A stretch of DNA of 64,000 nucleotides from a phage, in sequence record PZ296772.1; one strand, 5' to 3'. Under the pieces are notes generated by a model that saw only the letters and a program-made list of their open reading frames with translations, did not search any database and had not been told where the DNA came from. Numbering within the stretch: position 1 is the stretch's first letter; every line of letters begins with the position of its first letter. Below are positions 20,516 through 35,843 of the stretch, in pieces. The translations under genes and the position numbers were made by a program.

Positions 20516-20940
20516 TAGCTTAATCCTAATGCTTTACGACGTTTAAGAGCCTTTTTACGCTTACGCAAGCCTTTAACTTGGCCTGAAGGGTTAGCTTTTT
20601 TAGCTTTAACGACCTTACGAGCGATTTGTCTACGTTTTGCTTTAGAAAGACCAGTGGTTTGGAACGCGTTACGTTCACGAGTTTTACGGTCTTTAGTGCG
20701 GGTGACTTCACCACGAGAAGAAACATGTTTAACGATAAACTCATTTAACTGTTCTTCATTAATAATGGAAGCCATTGCAACAGCTAAATCCGTTTCAGTT
20801 TCAAGCATGTTCTCGATAATAGTATTTATATCGTCAATATCGAGAGCAGAAGACAATGCATCGATTCGGCCCTGTGCTTCAGGAATAAGTGCTTCGACAT
20901 TTTCGAGTACCAATTCATAAGATTCAGGGATAAGATACAT
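20515..20940 (-). CDS. 68: prohead core protein gp68
   Basis: 141 aa as in T4; synteny. Confidence 0.75.
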   Translation of the reverse strand: MYLIPESYELVLENVEALIPEAQGRIDALSSALDIDDINTIIENMLETETDLAVAMASIINEEQLNEFIVKHVSSRGEVTRTKDRKTRERNAFQTTGLSKAKRRQIARKVVKAKKANPSGQVKGLRKRKKALKRRKALGLS

Positions 20941-21176
20941 TATTCATCGTCCTCATCATCTTCGTCTTCGTCGTCATCGCCTTCATCAGCGTCGTCTTCC
21001 GAAGCTTTAGCTTTCTTTTCTTCTTCAGGTTCTTCGCCTTCAATCAAAAATTGAGAAGCGATTTCTGCTTTGCGTGCTTCAATCAAACGAACCGTTTTTT
21101 CTGCCATTGCACTTTCAAAAAACTTTCGAGTAGCAACGAGGTCGTTTGATTTAATAGCTTGAATTAAATCGTCCAT
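20940..21176 (-). CDS. 67: prohead core protein gp67
   Basis: 78 aa with acidic D/E tail; T4 position. Confidence 0.75.
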   Translation of the reverse strand: MDDLIQAIKSNDLVATRKFFESAMAEKTVRLIEARKAEIASQFLIEGEEPEEEKKAKASEDDADEGDDDEDEDDEDDE

Positions 21177-22747
21177 TAAAAATCCTCTTGTTCTTGGTCG
21201 GGGTCTTGGAAACGAGCCTCTTTCGACTCTTCTTCAATTTGCTTAGCCTCTTGTTCAATTTCCTCGTCAGACATCTGAAGAATATCTTTCATAGCTGTTC
21301 TGTGAGAAATATATTTACCAATAAATGGTTCGGCCATCTGAAGCATATTAATGCGACGCTCCAGAATCTCAGCATCCTTTAATTCCGAGAAATAACTATC
21401 CCGATGAAATTTTATCTTAATATTATTTATTTCATCATTCCACTCATCTTCTGTAATAATTCCTTTAAGAATTAAATTAGTTTTAAGCGGGTCTAGGAAT
21501 ATCTCTTCAAATTTATGTTGCAGCTCACGAATAAATTTACCAAATGACAATTCATCTCGTGTAATAGAAGTACCGGCATCAAACTGTATACCACCTTGGT
21601 CACTTGGAATACGTGTAATAGGAATACGTAAAGCCATATAAAGCGCATTACGGAACCAACGTACATCTTCCATATTTCCAGTATTATCTGCACCCGGTAA
21701 TGTATCAACTTCTGTTACTGCTTTACCATCACGTCGTTGTAACCAATAATCTTCGGTCATCGACATAATATGCTGCTGGTTTTTAATCTTGCCTGTAGTA
21801 GCATCATATGCAATACGGTTTTTCATCGTATTCATAACATGCTGCATATGTTCTGCTGCTTTTCTTGAAGGCATATTACCTGTATCAACGTACCATACAC
21901 GACGATCTGGAGCACGAGTAATACGATAAATTACAACGGCATCTTCAAGAAGTTTTAATTGGTTCGCCGGCTTAATAGCCCGATGCAAATAACCAATGAT
22001 ATTTTTACCACAACAATCAACTAAACCAGAATGGGCATAAACAATCGCGGCTTTAGGGATTTTTATTTTTGTGCCAGCTTCATATATGCGACCATCACAA
22101 GCATAAGATTCGTGTGATGTGTCATAAATGAAATATTCTTTATAACCCTTGACTATTTTAACACCGGCTTCAGTGGTTGTAATAACTTCACGGACATATT
22201 GAACTTGACGTGGGTCTAAACGACGAAGCTCTTTAATACCTTCTTTAGGGCGTTTAGGGTCAATAATTTTATGGAAGAAAATTCGAGAATCCACATACCA
22301 ACGTCTAAAATGATCTGAACCTTTACGTTGGAAAGATAAATGATTTAACACTTCGTTAAATTCATCCAACATCATTGATTTGATATTTGGACTAAATTTT
22401 GTGTTGTCTAAATTTATAGAAACGACTTCTGTATCATCTTCATATACGATAGCATCGGAAACTATTTCAGAGACTGCATTATCTACTTCATAGTTCGTCA
22501 TCAAATTTCGATACGTATCGATTAATTCACGTGTTGATTTGAGCCCTGGTTCTTGACTACCGAACATTCTCTGAAACATAGCATTATATGTTTGCTGTGC
22601 TTCATTTTCAGATACTTCGTATTCTTTAGCACCGTCGTCTAATTTTGGTGTGGTGATAGATTCTAAATTTTCTTTTTCTTGGTCTTTGTAATCACGTTCG
22701 TCCATTTTTGCCCATGGAGCAAACAAACTTAAGATATTAAATTTCAT
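21176..22747 (-). CDS. 20: portal vertex protein gp20
   Basis: 523 aa (T4 524); synteny. Confidence 0.88.
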   Translation of the reverse strand: MKFNILSLFAPWAKMDERDYKDQEKENLESITTPKLDDGAKEYEVSENEAQQTYNAMFQRMFGSQEPGLKSTRELIDTYRNLMTNYEVDNAVSEIVSDAIVYEDDTEVVSINLDNTKFSPNIKSMMLDEFNEVLNHLSFQRKGSDHFRRWYVDSRIFFHKIIDPKRPKEGIKELRRLDPRQVQYVREVITTTEAGVKIVKGYKEYFIYDTSHESYACDGRIYEAGTKIKIPKAAIVYAHSGLVDCCGKNIIGYLHRAIKPANQLKLLEDAVVIYRITRAPDRRVWYVDTGNMPSRKAAEHMQHVMNTMKNRIAYDATTGKIKNQQHIMSMTEDYWLQRRDGKAVTEVDTLPGADNTGNMEDVRWFRNALYMALRIPITRIPSDQGGIQFDAGTSITRDELSFGKFIRELQHKFEEIFLDPLKTNLILKGIITEDEWNDEINNIKIKFHRDSYFSELKDAEILERRINMLQMAEPFIGKYISHRTAMKDILQMSDEEIEQEAKQIEEESKEARFQDPDQEQEDF

Positions 22748-22775
22748 TGTATTCTCCGAATGGGAATTATAGTTA

Positions 22776-22783
22776 TATTTATA
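22776..22783 (-). promoter_or_regulatory. late promoter for gene 20
   Basis: Reverse complement TATAAATA 29 nt upstream of gene 20 start. Confidence 0.6.
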
Positions 22784-22831
22784 TGGACTTCTCCGTCATC
22801 ACGGGAAGCTGGGGATTTCTCCCCAACCAGA

Positions 22832-23323
22832 TTATTCCCACCAATCAAGAGCAAGAGTTACTTCGAACGTTTCAATCTCGTTATTGCTGTCCCAGTCAAG
22901 AGATACTTCGCCAACGTTAGTAGGCCACAAGCCGACAATTTCAACTTCTTTAGTGACCGTTTTAGCATCACGAGCAAATTGACGAACGATAGCAGTCTTT
23001 TTATATTCAGCAGGTTTACCACCGGTAATTTCATTACCTTGTCCTGCTGCAATACCTTGCCAATCAACAAATTTCTGACGAATGCTATGAGCATCATCGT
23101 TCATTACTGTAATAGTCCAATCATCGAATGTACGATCACCGGCCACGTTAATTTTACGGTTCATATAAGAAACAGGAACCTTTTCAACGATCGCAGCAGG
23201 AAGAGCCGTAGCACGACACTGGAAGCTAAAGTTTTGCCCAAGATAAGAGATTTCTACTTCGAACAGGTTAGGGCGAGCGAAATCACCTGATTCGAAGGCA
23301 CGAGTTACGTCATCTACAAACAT
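22832..23323 (-). CDS. 19: tail tube protein gp19
   Basis: 163 aa as in T4; GAGG SD; late promoter upstream. Confidence 0.88.
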   Translation of the reverse strand: MFVDDVTRAFESGDFARPNLFEVEISYLGQNFSFQCRATALPAAIVEKVPVSYMNRKINVAGDRTFDDWTITVMNDDAHSIRQKFVDWQGIAAGQGNEITGGKPAEYKKTAIVRQFARDAKTVTKEVEIVGLWPTNVGEVSLDWDSNNEIETFEVTLALDWWE

Positions 23324-23395
23324 ATTAGCCTCTGTAGTAATATGGGCTTAGGATTAACCTGATGCCCATAGAATTAATTTTTAAACGATATAATA

Positions 23396-23403
23396 TATTT
23401 ATA
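23396..23403 (-). promoter_or_regulatory. late promoter for gene 19
   Basis: Reverse complement TATAAATA in the 18/19 intergenic region, immediately after a hairpin. Confidence 0.6.
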
Positions 23404-23424
23404 TGGGCTACCGAAATAGCCCAT
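23403..23424 (-). terminator. hairpin after gene 18 (terminator or attenuator)
   Basis: ATGGGCTA-CCGAAA-TAGCCCAT directly followed by the gene 19 late promoter motif. Confidence 0.45.
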
Positions 23425-23435
23425 CAGGCGTCTTA

Positions 23436-25418
23436 TTAACCACCTACAGCACCAATTAGTTCGTCGAAATCGGCACCAGTTGCTGTTGCTACAAAGTTCA
23501 ACGTAATATAATTTATCGAGCGGGCAGGTTGTAAGTAGAAAGTAGCTACAAATTCATTACGGTCGATAACTGCTGGGGTGTTATTGGTAGTATCACAAAC
23601 AACTTTAAAGTTATATACACCACCGAGAGCTTTAATACCCTGTAGATATTGAGAAGTCTCTGTACGGAAAGAAGAACGGGTGAATGCGTTGTTCAATTCA
23701 AACAGGCGATATTTGGATGCTGAACCAATGTTCGTTTTAACCATATTGAACAAACGACGAACGTTAATACGGTCAAATGGTGAAGGAACAGAAGTGGCAG
23801 TTTTATCACCGTACAGAACATACCCATCACCACCGGTACCAGTAACAGGGTTAATAGCTTCTTGATACAAACGATCACGCTGTGGTTGGCGAGTTTCAAT
23901 TGCAAGCTTAATAACGTTAAGAATTTGACCACGGTTATAACCAGCAGGAGACATCCAAGGCTGAGAAATATTGTCTGTGCGAGCACAAAGACCAGCAATA
24001 TCAGCAGCTAACGGAACCCAACGATTCACATCATTATATTTGTCATATTGATATTTATAGTTACCGTCAATAGCCGCGTAAGTAGAACTTACATTAAAGT
24101 TATTATCAGTGTAAGTTCCTGACGCAGTACGCCAATCAACCAGATTATCAACTGCACGATTAACAGGAATACCGACTATAGTTGCACGTGGCGGTGAGCA
24201 AAGAACCAAGCAATCTTGGCGAGAATCACCAATTGCTACAACATGTTTCTGAACTGTAGAAGCAACTTCTAAAGATTCACCTGCACAAGAACCGGCAATA
24301 AACAACTGCGCATTAACAGATTCGCGGTCAGCAAACAAATCCCAAGCTTCCATTAAATCACCAGCGTCAACCGTTTCATTAGATGATAAGCCGCCACCCA
24401 GTTTGATTACGCCAGAGAAACCTTTTGGCCAACCTTGTGCCGTAGCGAAAATATAATTGCTTGCGCCTTTAGCAAAGAAATCATCAATAAAGATATTACT
24501 ACCATAAATATCGCGTTCACCACGTTTAGTAGAAAGAACTACGCTCTGGACTACCGCGTCGTTGCGACGAACGATAATTGCATATTGGTCATCAGTCTGT
24601 GGGCCATACCCAAAGATTGCTTTAGCAGTAGATGCACGAGTACCACCATCAGGATAAATTTTTAACTGAGCCGAAGCACCTTTGTCATAGTCTGCTTTAG
24701 ATACGATTTCAATTTCGAGCTGGTCTCCAAGTTCACCTGGATAAAGAGCAACTACACCCGGGACACCATATTTTTTAATAGATTCTTGGAAAGTTAGAGA
24801 AGTAATAGCTTCTTCTGAAGTTTCAACTTCAGTCAACAGAATACCAGAATCCATTACAACAGAATCAATAGTAATTACTGCAGACAGACCAGAAGAAGAC
24901 CCAGACATTTCGGCAGTCCAGTTTGAACCTAATTCAGGATATTCGCCGATTTCTTTCGCTTTAGCGATAATTTTACCTGAAGGAATAAAGATATTCAAAA
25001 TTTTACCATCAGAATCAACTGAAGTAACTTCACCGTCTGGTTCGATAATATCTGTAGAATATTTAACTACAACTTTATCACCGACTCTGTAGTTGGTGCC
25101 AGCCGAAGAAATAGTAAAATTAATGTTTCCTGCCACAGGAGATGAGTTCTTAGCAGTATCACGATCAACAGCGCGTACAACACGAAGGTCATTACCATAT
25201 TGAAGGAAGTTCATAGCAGACATGAAATAATCTGCGGTGTCTGTGTTAGGAGTACCAAACATATCAACCAACGCAACTTCATCGGTGATTTGTTTAATCT
25301 GGAATGCAGGTCCCCATTGGAATTTTCCAGCCAGGGCAGCAGTACCAGTGGAGTTATTAACTACAGTACTCTGTACGGTAGTTTCTTTGAGCTCAACGCC
25401 CGGAGAGAGAAGTGCCAT
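23436..25418 (-). CDS. 18: tail sheath protein gp18
   Basis: 660 aa (T4 659); late promoter upstream. Confidence 0.9.
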   Translation of the reverse strand: MALLSPGVELKETTVQSTVVNNSTGTAALAGKFQWGPAFQIKQITDEVALVDMFGTPNTDTADYFMSAMNFLQYGNDLRVVRAVDRDTAKNSSPVAGNINFTISSAGTNYRVGDKVVVKYSTDIIEPDGEVTSVDSDGKILNIFIPSGKIIAKAKEIGEYPELGSNWTAEMSGSSSGLSAVITIDSVVMDSGILLTEVETSEEAITSLTFQESIKKYGVPGVVALYPGELGDQLEIEIVSKADYDKGASAQLKIYPDGGTRASTAKAIFGYGPQTDDQYAIIVRRNDAVVQSVVLSTKRGERDIYGSNIFIDDFFAKGASNYIFATAQGWPKGFSGVIKLGGGLSSNETVDAGDLMEAWDLFADRESVNAQLFIAGSCAGESLEVASTVQKHVVAIGDSRQDCLVLCSPPRATIVGIPVNRAVDNLVDWRTASGTYTDNNFNVSSTYAAIDGNYKYQYDKYNDVNRWVPLAADIAGLCARTDNISQPWMSPAGYNRGQILNVIKLAIETRQPQRDRLYQEAINPVTGTGGDGYVLYGDKTATSVPSPFDRINVRRLFNMVKTNIGSASKYRLFELNNAFTRSSFRTETSQYLQGIKALGGVYNFKVVCDTTNNTPAVIDRNEFVATFYLQPARSINYITLNFVATATGADFDELIGAVGG

Positions 25419-25445
25419 TTTAATTCCTCTTAATTTGCTTTATTT

Positions 25446-27771
<2,326 letters not shown>

Positions 27772-28596
27772 TTATTGTTTTCTAGGACCAGGAGGGGTTG
27801 GTGGAGTCGGGATTGGAATATCATGAGTATAAGTTTGTTCAACTTCGCCATTCCAATCTTGTGCTTCAACGTCTCTCGGTTTAATTTCTGTATCAACTGA
27901 TTCAAAAACACTGGCGGCTGTTTGAAGGTCTCGTTCATTAGCATGAAAATCAAGATAAGTCGTTTTAATAAGGCCTTCAGCTGCGCCTACCGGAGGATAC
28001 ATCCATCCATTTACTTCAAATGTTAATGACCACTCTAAACGTCGACGAGATAAATTATCACCGTCTATTTGTTCATCCATTGCTGCTGCCATCCATACGA
28101 CTTTAATATCCCTTTCAAATGGAATATCTTGCCCATATTGCTCAATCATAGTCGTATTAAAATGCGGCTGAAAATATGGAATAATTTGCTCAACGATTTG
28201 GAACATATCATCTTCATAACGAGTAAAGATGCTCAGTTCAAAAATCATTTTAATTGGTGATGGGTTGTATTGGTCTACAATATCCTTAGTCGATTTACTC
28301 AAAAGAGAGTTATTCAATATATTCGTTTTAAACGTTGGGTTATAAACGAAATCTACCATTTGGAGATTTATACGTGGTAGAATAGTTTCGACTTTAGCCA
28401 CATCTTCTTGTGAGTTTATAGAGGTCCATTTATTAAGTTTCATCATAAAGTGCTCTTTAGATGCATACGTAATAGGAACCCTAATTAATTTATTGCCTGT
28501 AGACAATTGACGGTTAACTTGGATATTTGAAAACAAATCGCCCATCATTGTGATATATCGCCTGAACGACGAGTTGTAAAAATAGCCAAACATCAT
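27772..28596 (-). CDS. 15: tail sheath stabilizer / tail terminator gp15
   Basis: 274 aa (T4 272); synteny. Confidence 0.8.
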   Translation of the reverse strand: MMFGYFYNSSFRRYITMMGDLFSNIQVNRQLSTGNKLIRVPITYASKEHFMMKLNKWTSINSQEDVAKVETILPRINLQMVDFVYNPTFKTNILNNSLLSKSTKDIVDQYNPSPIKMIFELSIFTRYEDDMFQIVEQIIPYFQPHFNTTMIEQYGQDIPFERDIKVVWMAAAMDEQIDGDNLSRRRLEWSLTFEVNGWMYPPVGAAEGLIKTTYLDFHANERDLQTAASVFESVDTEIKPRDVEAQDWNGEVEQTYTHDIPIPTPPTPPGPRKQ

Positions 28597-28645
28597 TTCT
28601 CCTAACCGGCCTTTCGACCGGTGTTTGCTTTATCTTATCTATTTA

Positions 28646-29410
28646 TTAATTCATAAATCCGTCATCAAAGGGTGAATTTTGTCTACCACGGTTGTTAACT
28701 ACTACATACGGCTCAACGTATTCACTTGCCTCTGAATTGATTTGCTCAACTTCAGAATATTCATTGATATTAATGTCATGGATACCGTCAAGATTTCTAA
28801 CAGGGTTAAGTTCCAAGTCACTAAATTCAGGTATATTGATACCTTCATTTTTCTGAAGCACCGGATTGATTTCTTCGCCAGAGTAAATAAACTTGCCTGC
28901 AGTAATTTTACGAATCGCATTTTTACCTACTTGATAGAATGGGTCATACGGTTCAACCCAGTTAATCTCAAACAAACTGTTATCCATTGGGAAGTATATT
29001 AAATCACCTTCCTTGGGCTCCTGATTGTTGACCTGGTGTTTGAAAAGACCTGGGTTAATAGATAATGTAACTTCGTCTTGAACTTGCATTCCGAAGTTGC
29101 TGAAGAACGATTTCGCTCCTTCATAACCTTCAAAAGAGTTAAGATATGCAGCAAATTTCCATGCTTTAGTAAATTTATTTTTAAGGTCCTCACCAAAGAT
29201 AAGGTCCACAGCAACATATTCACGTGGAACATAAAAACATTCAATACCGCGCATCTGTATGCTTTCTGCCACTAGAACATCGGCTAATGTCTGACTATTC
29301 TCGTAGTTATTAAAATTGACAAATGGATTGAGGATTTCGGTCTCATTTGTCTGAGAATACCCACCACGATTTTCTAGTTTGGCGAAAAGATTTTTATCAT
29401 AAGTTGCCAT
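28646..29410 (-). CDS. 14: neck protein gp14
   Basis: 254 aa (T4 256); synteny. Confidence 0.8.
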   Translation of the reverse strand: MATYDKNLFAKLENRGGYSQTNETEILNPFVNFNNYENSQTLADVLVAESIQMRGIECFYVPREYVAVDLIFGEDLKNKFTKAWKFAAYLNSFEGYEGAKSFFSNFGMQVQDEVTLSINPGLFKHQVNNQEPKEGDLIYFPMDNSLFEINWVEPYDPFYQVGKNAIRKITAGKFIYSGEEINPVLQKNEGINIPEFSDLELNPVRNLDGIHDININEYSEVEQINSEASEYVEPYVVVNNRGRQNSPFDDGFMN

Positions 29411-29411
29411 A

Positions 29412-30338
29412 TTAACCTACCAAAATACCTGCAGGAGGGTCTAGTAAATATAACTCTTCTCGTAAAGCTTCTTTCTCTAAACGAGCTTCTTCAATTAATC
29501 GAACGCCATCAACAGTGACGCCACCCGGTAACATCATACCTTGATGTTTAGCAAGAATTTGTCCATTAAGCTCTTTAGCTAATGCAGTTGCATAATCTTT
29601 AACCCAGCGGTTGTTATATGCGCCTTGTTTAGTTGCAGGATCTTCACCAACTCGTCTTCCGACCAAATTATGGTCCGGGTTGTCATACCGCTCAGAAATA
29701 GACCATGAATCACGAGGACCGACCTGTCCGTACCCTACTGTGTTTCCTACCATCTTATGGGTCTCGATATAAGAGCGAACATATGATTCAACGATAATGA
29801 CATCTTTCCGTCTAAAGTTACCCATTACTTTTAATTGCTCGTTTGCAGAGTTAAACCAAAAATCTGGAAGAGGAGCAATCATATCTTGAAGCATACCCAT
29901 ATAAGATACTAATTGAGAATAATACCCTAGATCAGCGCCAAAAGCGTTCGGTCCATAGAATTTACCACAATTACTACCCATACCACCTGAAACACCTGCC
30001 ATTCCTAAAAGGAAATCAGTGAACCAAGGATAAGTTGCATTACCGTCCATTGAAGTAATAGAGCCAACATTTGTTCTTATAATTCTTGTCACGGCAAATA
30101 CGTTAGAACCACGCATATCAAATACGCCGTGACGGTATTTTTCTTCATCATCAACAAAAAATACATGGAAACCTTTATTCAACCCATCAAAATGGTATTC
30201 ACCATAAAGTTCTAACGCTCGTGAAATACAATCATAAATTTGGTCTGTAGTTAATTCAACATTTACAATAGGAGCGCCTAAACGACGTAATATTACGTCC
30301 TTTAATTCTTTAGGGTTTTGTGCATTATAACCTGACAT
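29412..30338 (-). CDS. 13: neck protein gp13
   Basis: 308 aa (T4 309); synteny. Confidence 0.8.
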   Translation of the reverse strand: MSGYNAQNPKELKDVILRRLGAPIVNVELTTDQIYDCISRALELYGEYHFDGLNKGFHVFFVDDEEKYRHGVFDMRGSNVFAVTRIIRTNVGSITSMDGNATYPWFTDFLLGMAGVSGGMGSNCGKFYGPNAFGADLGYYSQLVSYMGMLQDMIAPLPDFWFNSANEQLKVMGNFRRKDVIIVESYVRSYIETHKMVGNTVGYGQVGPRDSWSISERYDNPDHNLVGRRVGEDPATKQGAYNNRWVKDYATALAKELNGQILAKHQGMMLPGGVTVDGVRLIEEARLEKEALREELYLLDPPAGILVG

Positions 30339-30370
30339 ATAAATCCTTTAGGGCCCGAAGGCCCTTTTCA

Positions 30371-31813
30371 TTAAGCTGTAGGAAGTTCAACCCATGCACC
30401 ATCTTTGCGAACATAGAATTTACCGTCTGAAGGAGCATCTTCGATATATCCAGCCTCTTTAAGGGCCTGAATTTCTGCTTCTGCTGCAGCAAGGTCTGTT
30501 TCTAAAGTGGTAACACGCGTAGTTAAAGCCATAATTATTGTGTCATGGTTTTTAACTGTTGGCAATATACCACGTTCTTCTATGGTTTGACCGTTTGGGT
30601 TAGTGCCGCTTATAAGTTTATTTAAACTAGTCACTTGTCCTTTAATACCGGACGAATTAGTTCCCAATTCGGTTTGAACGTTTTGAATGTTATTGCCTAG
30701 GTCAGTAACACCAGTTTCAAGAATACGAGTCCTATATAAAAGTGAACCAGCCGGTTCAGGTTGTCCACCATTTGAATCAACGCCAACCACCTGATTGAGC
30801 CATGCTACGTTAAAACGTAAACCACTAGAAGAATCAACACCTAAAACTGTGTTAATACCTGAAATGGAATCGGTATTTAATTTGATCTTACCCTGAAGAG
30901 TAGTTGGTAAATCTGGAGAGCCTATAGTAGTTTCTAACGTTGTCAAACGTGGTTTAATACCGCCAGGCGAGTTAATGTCTGAATTTAATGTTGATATAGA
31001 AAGACGATTGGCCTCGACTTGAGTTTTAATAGCGGTTGAATTAGGATATCCAACAAAATCTTTTAATGCCGCAATATCTCTAGTTTGGATAGAAATGGAT
31101 GAATCAATACCGGATAAACGAGTGTAAACCGGTACTGTTAACGATGGTCTAGGACCTATTTCTTGACGGAGGTTTTCAACTTCGGTTGTCAGAGCCCCAA
31201 CGTCAGAATCGGCAAATTTATTTTCTAACTCGGTTAAACGAACGTCTTGGTCAACCAACACTGAACTGTTAGTAATAATACGTCGTTTCATCCCGGTGCT
31301 TTCATTACCTTCGGTTGGGACACCATTAATATCTTGTCCAGTATATTGCCCTAATTCGGTTTTAATCCAAAGAAGGTCGTTACGCACCGTACGATACACC
31401 GAATCTGTTTCTGGATTAACTACTCCGATATTAGCAATAGTATCATCTAGTTTTTCTTCAGTGTTTAAAATATCAACACCGTGTGAATTTACGGTGTGTT
31501 TTAATACTTCAATATCATCAGTGTTATGTCCAATTTGTGCTAAAGCATCTACATCACCAGAAACATCCAAGATACTTTTAATTGTGACAATATCAGCATT
31601 AGCGATATCTAAAGATTCTGCGATAGTCTTAACGTTATCGTTAATTGTTTCTACATTTCGTTGAACTTCTGTTATTGGACGGTTCATTACTCCTTCAGAA
31701 CCGTATAACGTATCAGCGCCAGTTATTTCTTCTGAATTTTTAATCCAGTTTAAACGTTTTTGACCCTCATCAGGAGGGCCATCAACGTATGGTAGACTTT
31801 TTAATTCGATCAT
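30371..31813 (-). CDS. wac: fibritin (whisker) with C-terminal foldon
   Basis: 480 aa; C-terminus GYIEDAPSDGKFYVRKDGAWVELPTA is the foldon motif; N-terminus matches T4 wac. Confidence 0.9.
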   Translation of the reverse strand: MIELKSLPYVDGPPDEGQKRLNWIKNSEEITGADTLYGSEGVMNRPITEVQRNVETINDNVKTIAESLDIANADIVTIKSILDVSGDVDALAQIGHNTDDIEVLKHTVNSHGVDILNTEEKLDDTIANIGVVNPETDSVYRTVRNDLLWIKTELGQYTGQDINGVPTEGNESTGMKRRIITNSSVLVDQDVRLTELENKFADSDVGALTTEVENLRQEIGPRPSLTVPVYTRLSGIDSSISIQTRDIAALKDFVGYPNSTAIKTQVEANRLSISTLNSDINSPGGIKPRLTTLETTIGSPDLPTTLQGKIKLNTDSISGINTVLGVDSSSGLRFNVAWLNQVVGVDSNGGQPEPAGSLLYRTRILETGVTDLGNNIQNVQTELGTNSSGIKGQVTSLNKLISGTNPNGQTIEERGILPTVKNHDTIIMALTTRVTTLETDLAAAEAEIQALKEAGYIEDAPSDGKFYVRKDGAWVELPTA

Positions 31814-31822
31814 TTTTTACCC

Positions 31823-33373
31823 TTAGTAATGGACTTTAATAATATAATTTAAAGATATATTCCATGGTCTAGTTTCATAGCCAATTAATCCTTCGCGATT
31901 AAGTGTACCGAGGGCATCTCTCGGTCCGCCTAATTCAAATCCATCATTAGTGAAGTATGAAGCATTATCCCAGTCGGCATATTTTCTAGTTCCAAGATAT
32001 CCTTGATAAACAGATGCGCCAAATGGAGCTTCATGTCTTTGGTATTCTCCCCAACCACCAGCGTGTTTATGGTATGACATCTGCTGTGCTTGAACACCAC
32101 CAACGTGCATTCCATCACATCCTACACCAAGTCTATCCTTCCCATAACCATCTTGTCCTCGTTGATTTAAAATGTGACCACCAGTACCCGCTCCTCTGAC
32201 GAAAAGACCTCGCATATCAGGAATACCAGGATTATTCCAATCGCCGCCAAATCTCGTTCCGACCGTGTTTCTATAATCGGGATATTGATCTCCTGACACG
32301 GTTCCACCATGACATAAAACCCAACCCGGAGGAGCGCTATCACCTGCGAACATTTGAATTGTTCCAACAGGAACACGTTCAGATGCATATCTCTCTGTTG
32401 CAACTGGCTGGTCACCGTTTTTCCACATTCCGCCACGCGACCAAATTCCATTTGCTGTGAGGTGATCTAAATTTAAAGAACCATTAATAGTTTGCCCACC
32501 GCGTGTATTAATTACATCTGCGTTCCATGCTAATGCTCCAGAGCCATCGCCTTCGGGTGCAACACCGGCCTGCGTCGTTAATTTTACGACTCCACGCATA
32601 GAACCGGTAGCTCCTCTACCATTTAGCGTTTCACCTGTTACAGCAACATCTCCCAAATTACTATTAATTTCCGATTGTGTTCCTAGACGTATAACACCTT
32701 TATATTCTTGTGTTGCAACAGAATTCATAAAGGTATACGGGGAAATTGCATATCCTTCGCGAAGAGTTCCTTGACGTGTTTGAGCCACCGTAGCTAAACG
32801 CACAACACCGGTAATAGATTCTGAAGCCGGGTCGTTATTAGGAGCTATTTGAGAAATTAATTTTATTGCTAATTGCTGTGTTTTAAGCGGAGTCATTGCT
32901 GTGGTGTCATCAGACCCGGCAAGTGCAGCGGTTTGAGTTGCAATTTTAATAACACCATTAGTTGTTTCTGTTGAATAACGAGTAGAGAATGTGTTATCAA
33001 TAGTTTGGTTTAATTTAAGCGGAGTAATAGAAACAGTGTCTAAAGTGCCAGCAATGGCCTCCTCTTGTGTTGCATATTTAGTTACGCCGTACTGTGTTTC
33101 TGACGCGTTCGGATACTGAAGTCTTGCATTTAATGTGGCGGGTGTAACGGCTTTAGTACTATTAAATCCATCAAGAACTTCTTGTTCTGTCGCTAATTGA
33201 ATTACACCTTTTTCTGCTTCGCTTGCGTCCGGAACACCTTTAACACCATATGCGCTAATTGAGGCTAAGGCTGCCTGGACATTGGTTATTGAACTATCAA
33301 AATTTGACCCTACCGGGTCAAATTCAACATATACCGATTCGTTCGAAACGTGTTGATATGTATTGTTACTCAT
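31823..33373 (-). CDS. 12: short tail fiber gp12
   Basis: 516 aa; N-terminus [13 protein letters not shown] matches T4 gp12. Confidence 0.9.
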   Translation of the reverse strand: MSNNTYQHVSNESVYVEFDPVGSNFDSSITNVQAALASISAYGVKGVPDASEAEKGVIQLATEQEVLDGFNSTKAVTPATLNARLQYPNASETQYGVTKYATQEEAIAGTLDTVSITPLKLNQTIDNTFSTRYSTETTNGVIKIATQTAALAGSDDTTAMTPLKTQQLAIKLISQIAPNNDPASESITGVVRLATVAQTRQGTLREGYAISPYTFMNSVATQEYKGVIRLGTQSEINSNLGDVAVTGETLNGRGATGSMRGVVKLTTQAGVAPEGDGSGALAWNADVINTRGGQTINGSLNLDHLTANGIWSRGGMWKNGDQPVATERYASERVPVGTIQMFAGDSAPPGWVLCHGGTVSGDQYPDYRNTVGTRFGGDWNNPGIPDMRGLFVRGAGTGGHILNQRGQDGYGKDRLGVGCDGMHVGGVQAQQMSYHKHAGGWGEYQRHEAPFGASVYQGYLGTRKYADWDNASYFTNDGFELGGPRDALGTLNREGLIGYETRPWNISLNYIIKVHY

Positions 33374-34029
33374 GCGGTTCTCACAAAATAATAAAAGGTT
33401 GTAGGTGAAGTATGGTTGTCAAGAGTAATGGTTTGCGCACCTAGTAAATTCCAAGTGCCGTACCCGGACTTAGCCTGAGACACTATTTCTTGAGAAACCG
33501 TGATACCATAAGCGGAATACGTTGGGAGTACGTGTCTTTGGTTATCTAAATATGTTATTTGTAATTTAGTCCCAACATTAGGGTCATCTTTATACTCTGC
33601 AATAGCCAATTGGTCGGAAATCGCATTCCGGAGAGTAGTACGTAATTGTACAACAAATTCGTCGGCTGTCATACCTACAGTAGCATTAACAGGAAGCCCA
33701 TAAACTTTTACAATAACAGGGCTTCCATCGGGCAAACTAGGGTCAGTTACACTTCCACTAAAGGACCAATAATCTACCTGTGAAGTTCCTTCAGGAGATA
33801 CACCTGAGGTGTTAATTGTAACTGTTCCTACATCTGCTCTAGCAATATTATGAACATCGTTTATTGCAGATTCTACGTTATCATCATAGAATCCTTTTGC
33901 CAATTGAGAAATGGTTACAGAACCTACGCCTTGGTTGTTTAAAATATCAATTTGAGTAGGATTTTTTCTAAATCCTAAAAAATCTGCTTCGCGGGATATT
34001 ACTCCCGCTTTAGTATTAAGTATGGTCAT
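33370..34029 (-). CDS. 11: baseplate wedge / short-tail-fiber attachment gp11
   Basis: ORF 33370..34047 trimmed to internal Met (T4-like start, 219 aa); matches remembered T4 gp11. Confidence 0.88.
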   Translation of the reverse strand: MTILNTKAGVISREADFLGFRKNPTQIDILNNQGVGSVTISQLAKGFYDDNVESAINDVHNIARADVGTVTINTSGVSPEGTSQVDYWSFSGSVTDPSLPDGSPVIVKVYGLPVNATVGMTADEFVVQLRTTLRNAISDQLAIAEYKDDPNVGTKLQITYLDNQRHVLPTYSAYGITVSQEIVSQAKSGYGTWNLLGAQTITLDNHTSPTTFYYFVRTA

Positions 34030-35843
34030 TATGCAATCCTTACCCAACGATATACGGTAATTGACGGTTGAATATTATTTACGGCTTGAGGCGGTATGTG
34101 TGTACTATTCGTTGTGGCGTGGCCTTCACGGTATTTGGTGTATATAGGACCTTCTGCATCAGGGTCGTATTGACAACCACCAATAATAATTGTACCGTTC
34201 TCATCGGAAATAAGAACTTTCTCGTCAGTTTGAGTAGGAGGTAAATCAGAATTAGTTAGTGTGTTAGACGTTGTTCCGAGTGTTCCACCGGCGGTATGTG
34301 TAGGATTCCCGCTAGAATCAAGGTCGTTATTATTTAATGCAAAATTAGGATCGCTAATATCGTCGTTCCATCCAACTAATACTTTTCCTTGTCCCCATAA
34401 TTTCCAAGAGCCAAATCCTAAATACGTGGCTGGGTTATTAGGGTTCACTGCATTTTCGTAAATAGTACCGACAGGGTAAATGGTGTTAAAAATATTTGCA
34501 ATAGACGAGAATTCCCTGCTATATGCAGGAACAGATTCTACATTAGGCCATCCGATATTATTGAAATCGGTCAAAGCCACATCGCCGGTCACATTTACGG
34601 TTGCACCTTGTGCGACATACCTTTCATCAGTTGTATCTAAAATGTCATCGATACTTAATAAAGTGCCTAAATCGTTATTAAACCATGTAATATCAATAAT
34701 GTCTTGGTCTTCAAACTTACGGTCAAAGACTAAAGCACGTGCAATAGTTGCATCGTTATCATCGTATTCAATAGAATAATCGGTGTTAGATGTAACCCAA
34801 GTCCCACCTAAAGCTGAACACTCGGTAGAAGTTTCTGCATCAGCACCTTCACATCTGAACATAGGTAAACCAACAGTACCAGCTAATTCTTGAAGAATAC
34901 CGTTAAAACGAACTTCTAAAGAATTGGTATTGACCGGTTCTGAAGGATTAACTCCAAATGCCGAAAAAGGAATAGATTTCAAAGTTGACAAATCCGCGAC
35001 ATATACACTTCCTTCTAAGGAAGGACGGGTTGTTAATTTCGAATCTAAAATACGTATTTGGCGGCGAGAATAAGAACTACGTAATTGTGTAATCCCATCT
35101 AAAAAGGTTTCAATTTGTACGGTGTCGCCGATATTACATGGTTGTCTTAAACGGATGCTTTTACCATCTAATGCAACGATTTCTCCAGGATTAGCTCCTG
35201 GAGAACCAAAGTCACTATTGTCACTGAACACGTCACCATAGTATAATTCGTTACCACGATGTTTTACACGGATATTATTCACATTATAAGAAACAGGCCC
35301 AAATACATCAAGAAAATCAGTTTGACCTTGAACTTCGACTAAAAATTCTTTACGAGCTACACTACTAATATCAGAACTAGTAATTTTGTCTATTTGTTTA
35401 TTTTTAACGTATTCCCAGCGCCCGGGAGAACAGTAAACTAATTCTAAGTCTGAAAACTGTACATTGATTTCTACTGGGCTAGAAGAACCTTTAATAGTAT
35501 CACCGCTGGCAGCAATTAATGTTACAGGGTTAATATTCCATGTGGCGAATACATCACGGGCTCTAATTACTTTATTATAATCTTCTACTGTTCCTTTAGG
35601 TAAATTTATAGAAACACGCCCTGTTGAAGTATCAATTGCGTATGATTTACCCCATTCAGCAGCTAAATTAAGTCCATCTGAAGAATGGTATGTTTTCCAG
35701 GCACCAGCGGAATACGGAACTTCGCCGTCGCCTAATTCATAATACAACTCATCAAAGTTTTCATTAATTTTTGCACCACCACGACGAAGGTAATCGCCTT
35801 GTCCGTCATCAACGACGTTCCCAATTTTAATATTTTGTTTCAT
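34029..35843 (-). CDS. 10: baseplate wedge protein gp10
   Basis: 604 aa (T4 602); synteny. Confidence 0.85.
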   Translation of the reverse strand: MKQNIKIGNVVDDGQGDYLRRGGAKINENFDELYYELGDGEVPYSAGAWKTYHSSDGLNLAAEWGKSYAIDTSTGRVSINLPKGTVEDYNKVIRARDVFATWNINPVTLIAASGDTIKGSSSPVEINVQFSDLELVYCSPGRWEYVKNKQIDKITSSDISSVARKEFLVEVQGQTDFLDVFGPVSYNVNNIRVKHRGNELYYGDVFSDNSDFGSPGANPGEIVALDGKSIRLRQPCNIGDTVQIETFLDGITQLRSSYSRRQIRILDSKLTTRPSLEGSVYVADLSTLKSIPFSAFGVNPSEPVNTNSLEVRFNGILQELAGTVGLPMFRCEGADAETSTECSALGGTWVTSNTDYSIEYDDNDATIARALVFDRKFEDQDIIDITWFNNDLGTLLSIDDILDTTDERYVAQGATVNVTGDVALTDFNNIGWPNVESVPAYSREFSSIANIFNTIYPVGTIYENAVNPNNPATYLGFGSWKLWGQGKVLVGWNDDISDPNFALNNNDLDSSGNPTHTAGGTLGTTSNTLTNSDLPPTQTDEKVLISDENGTIIIGGCQYDPDAEGPIYTKYREGHATTNSTHIPPQAVNNIQPSITVYRWVRIA

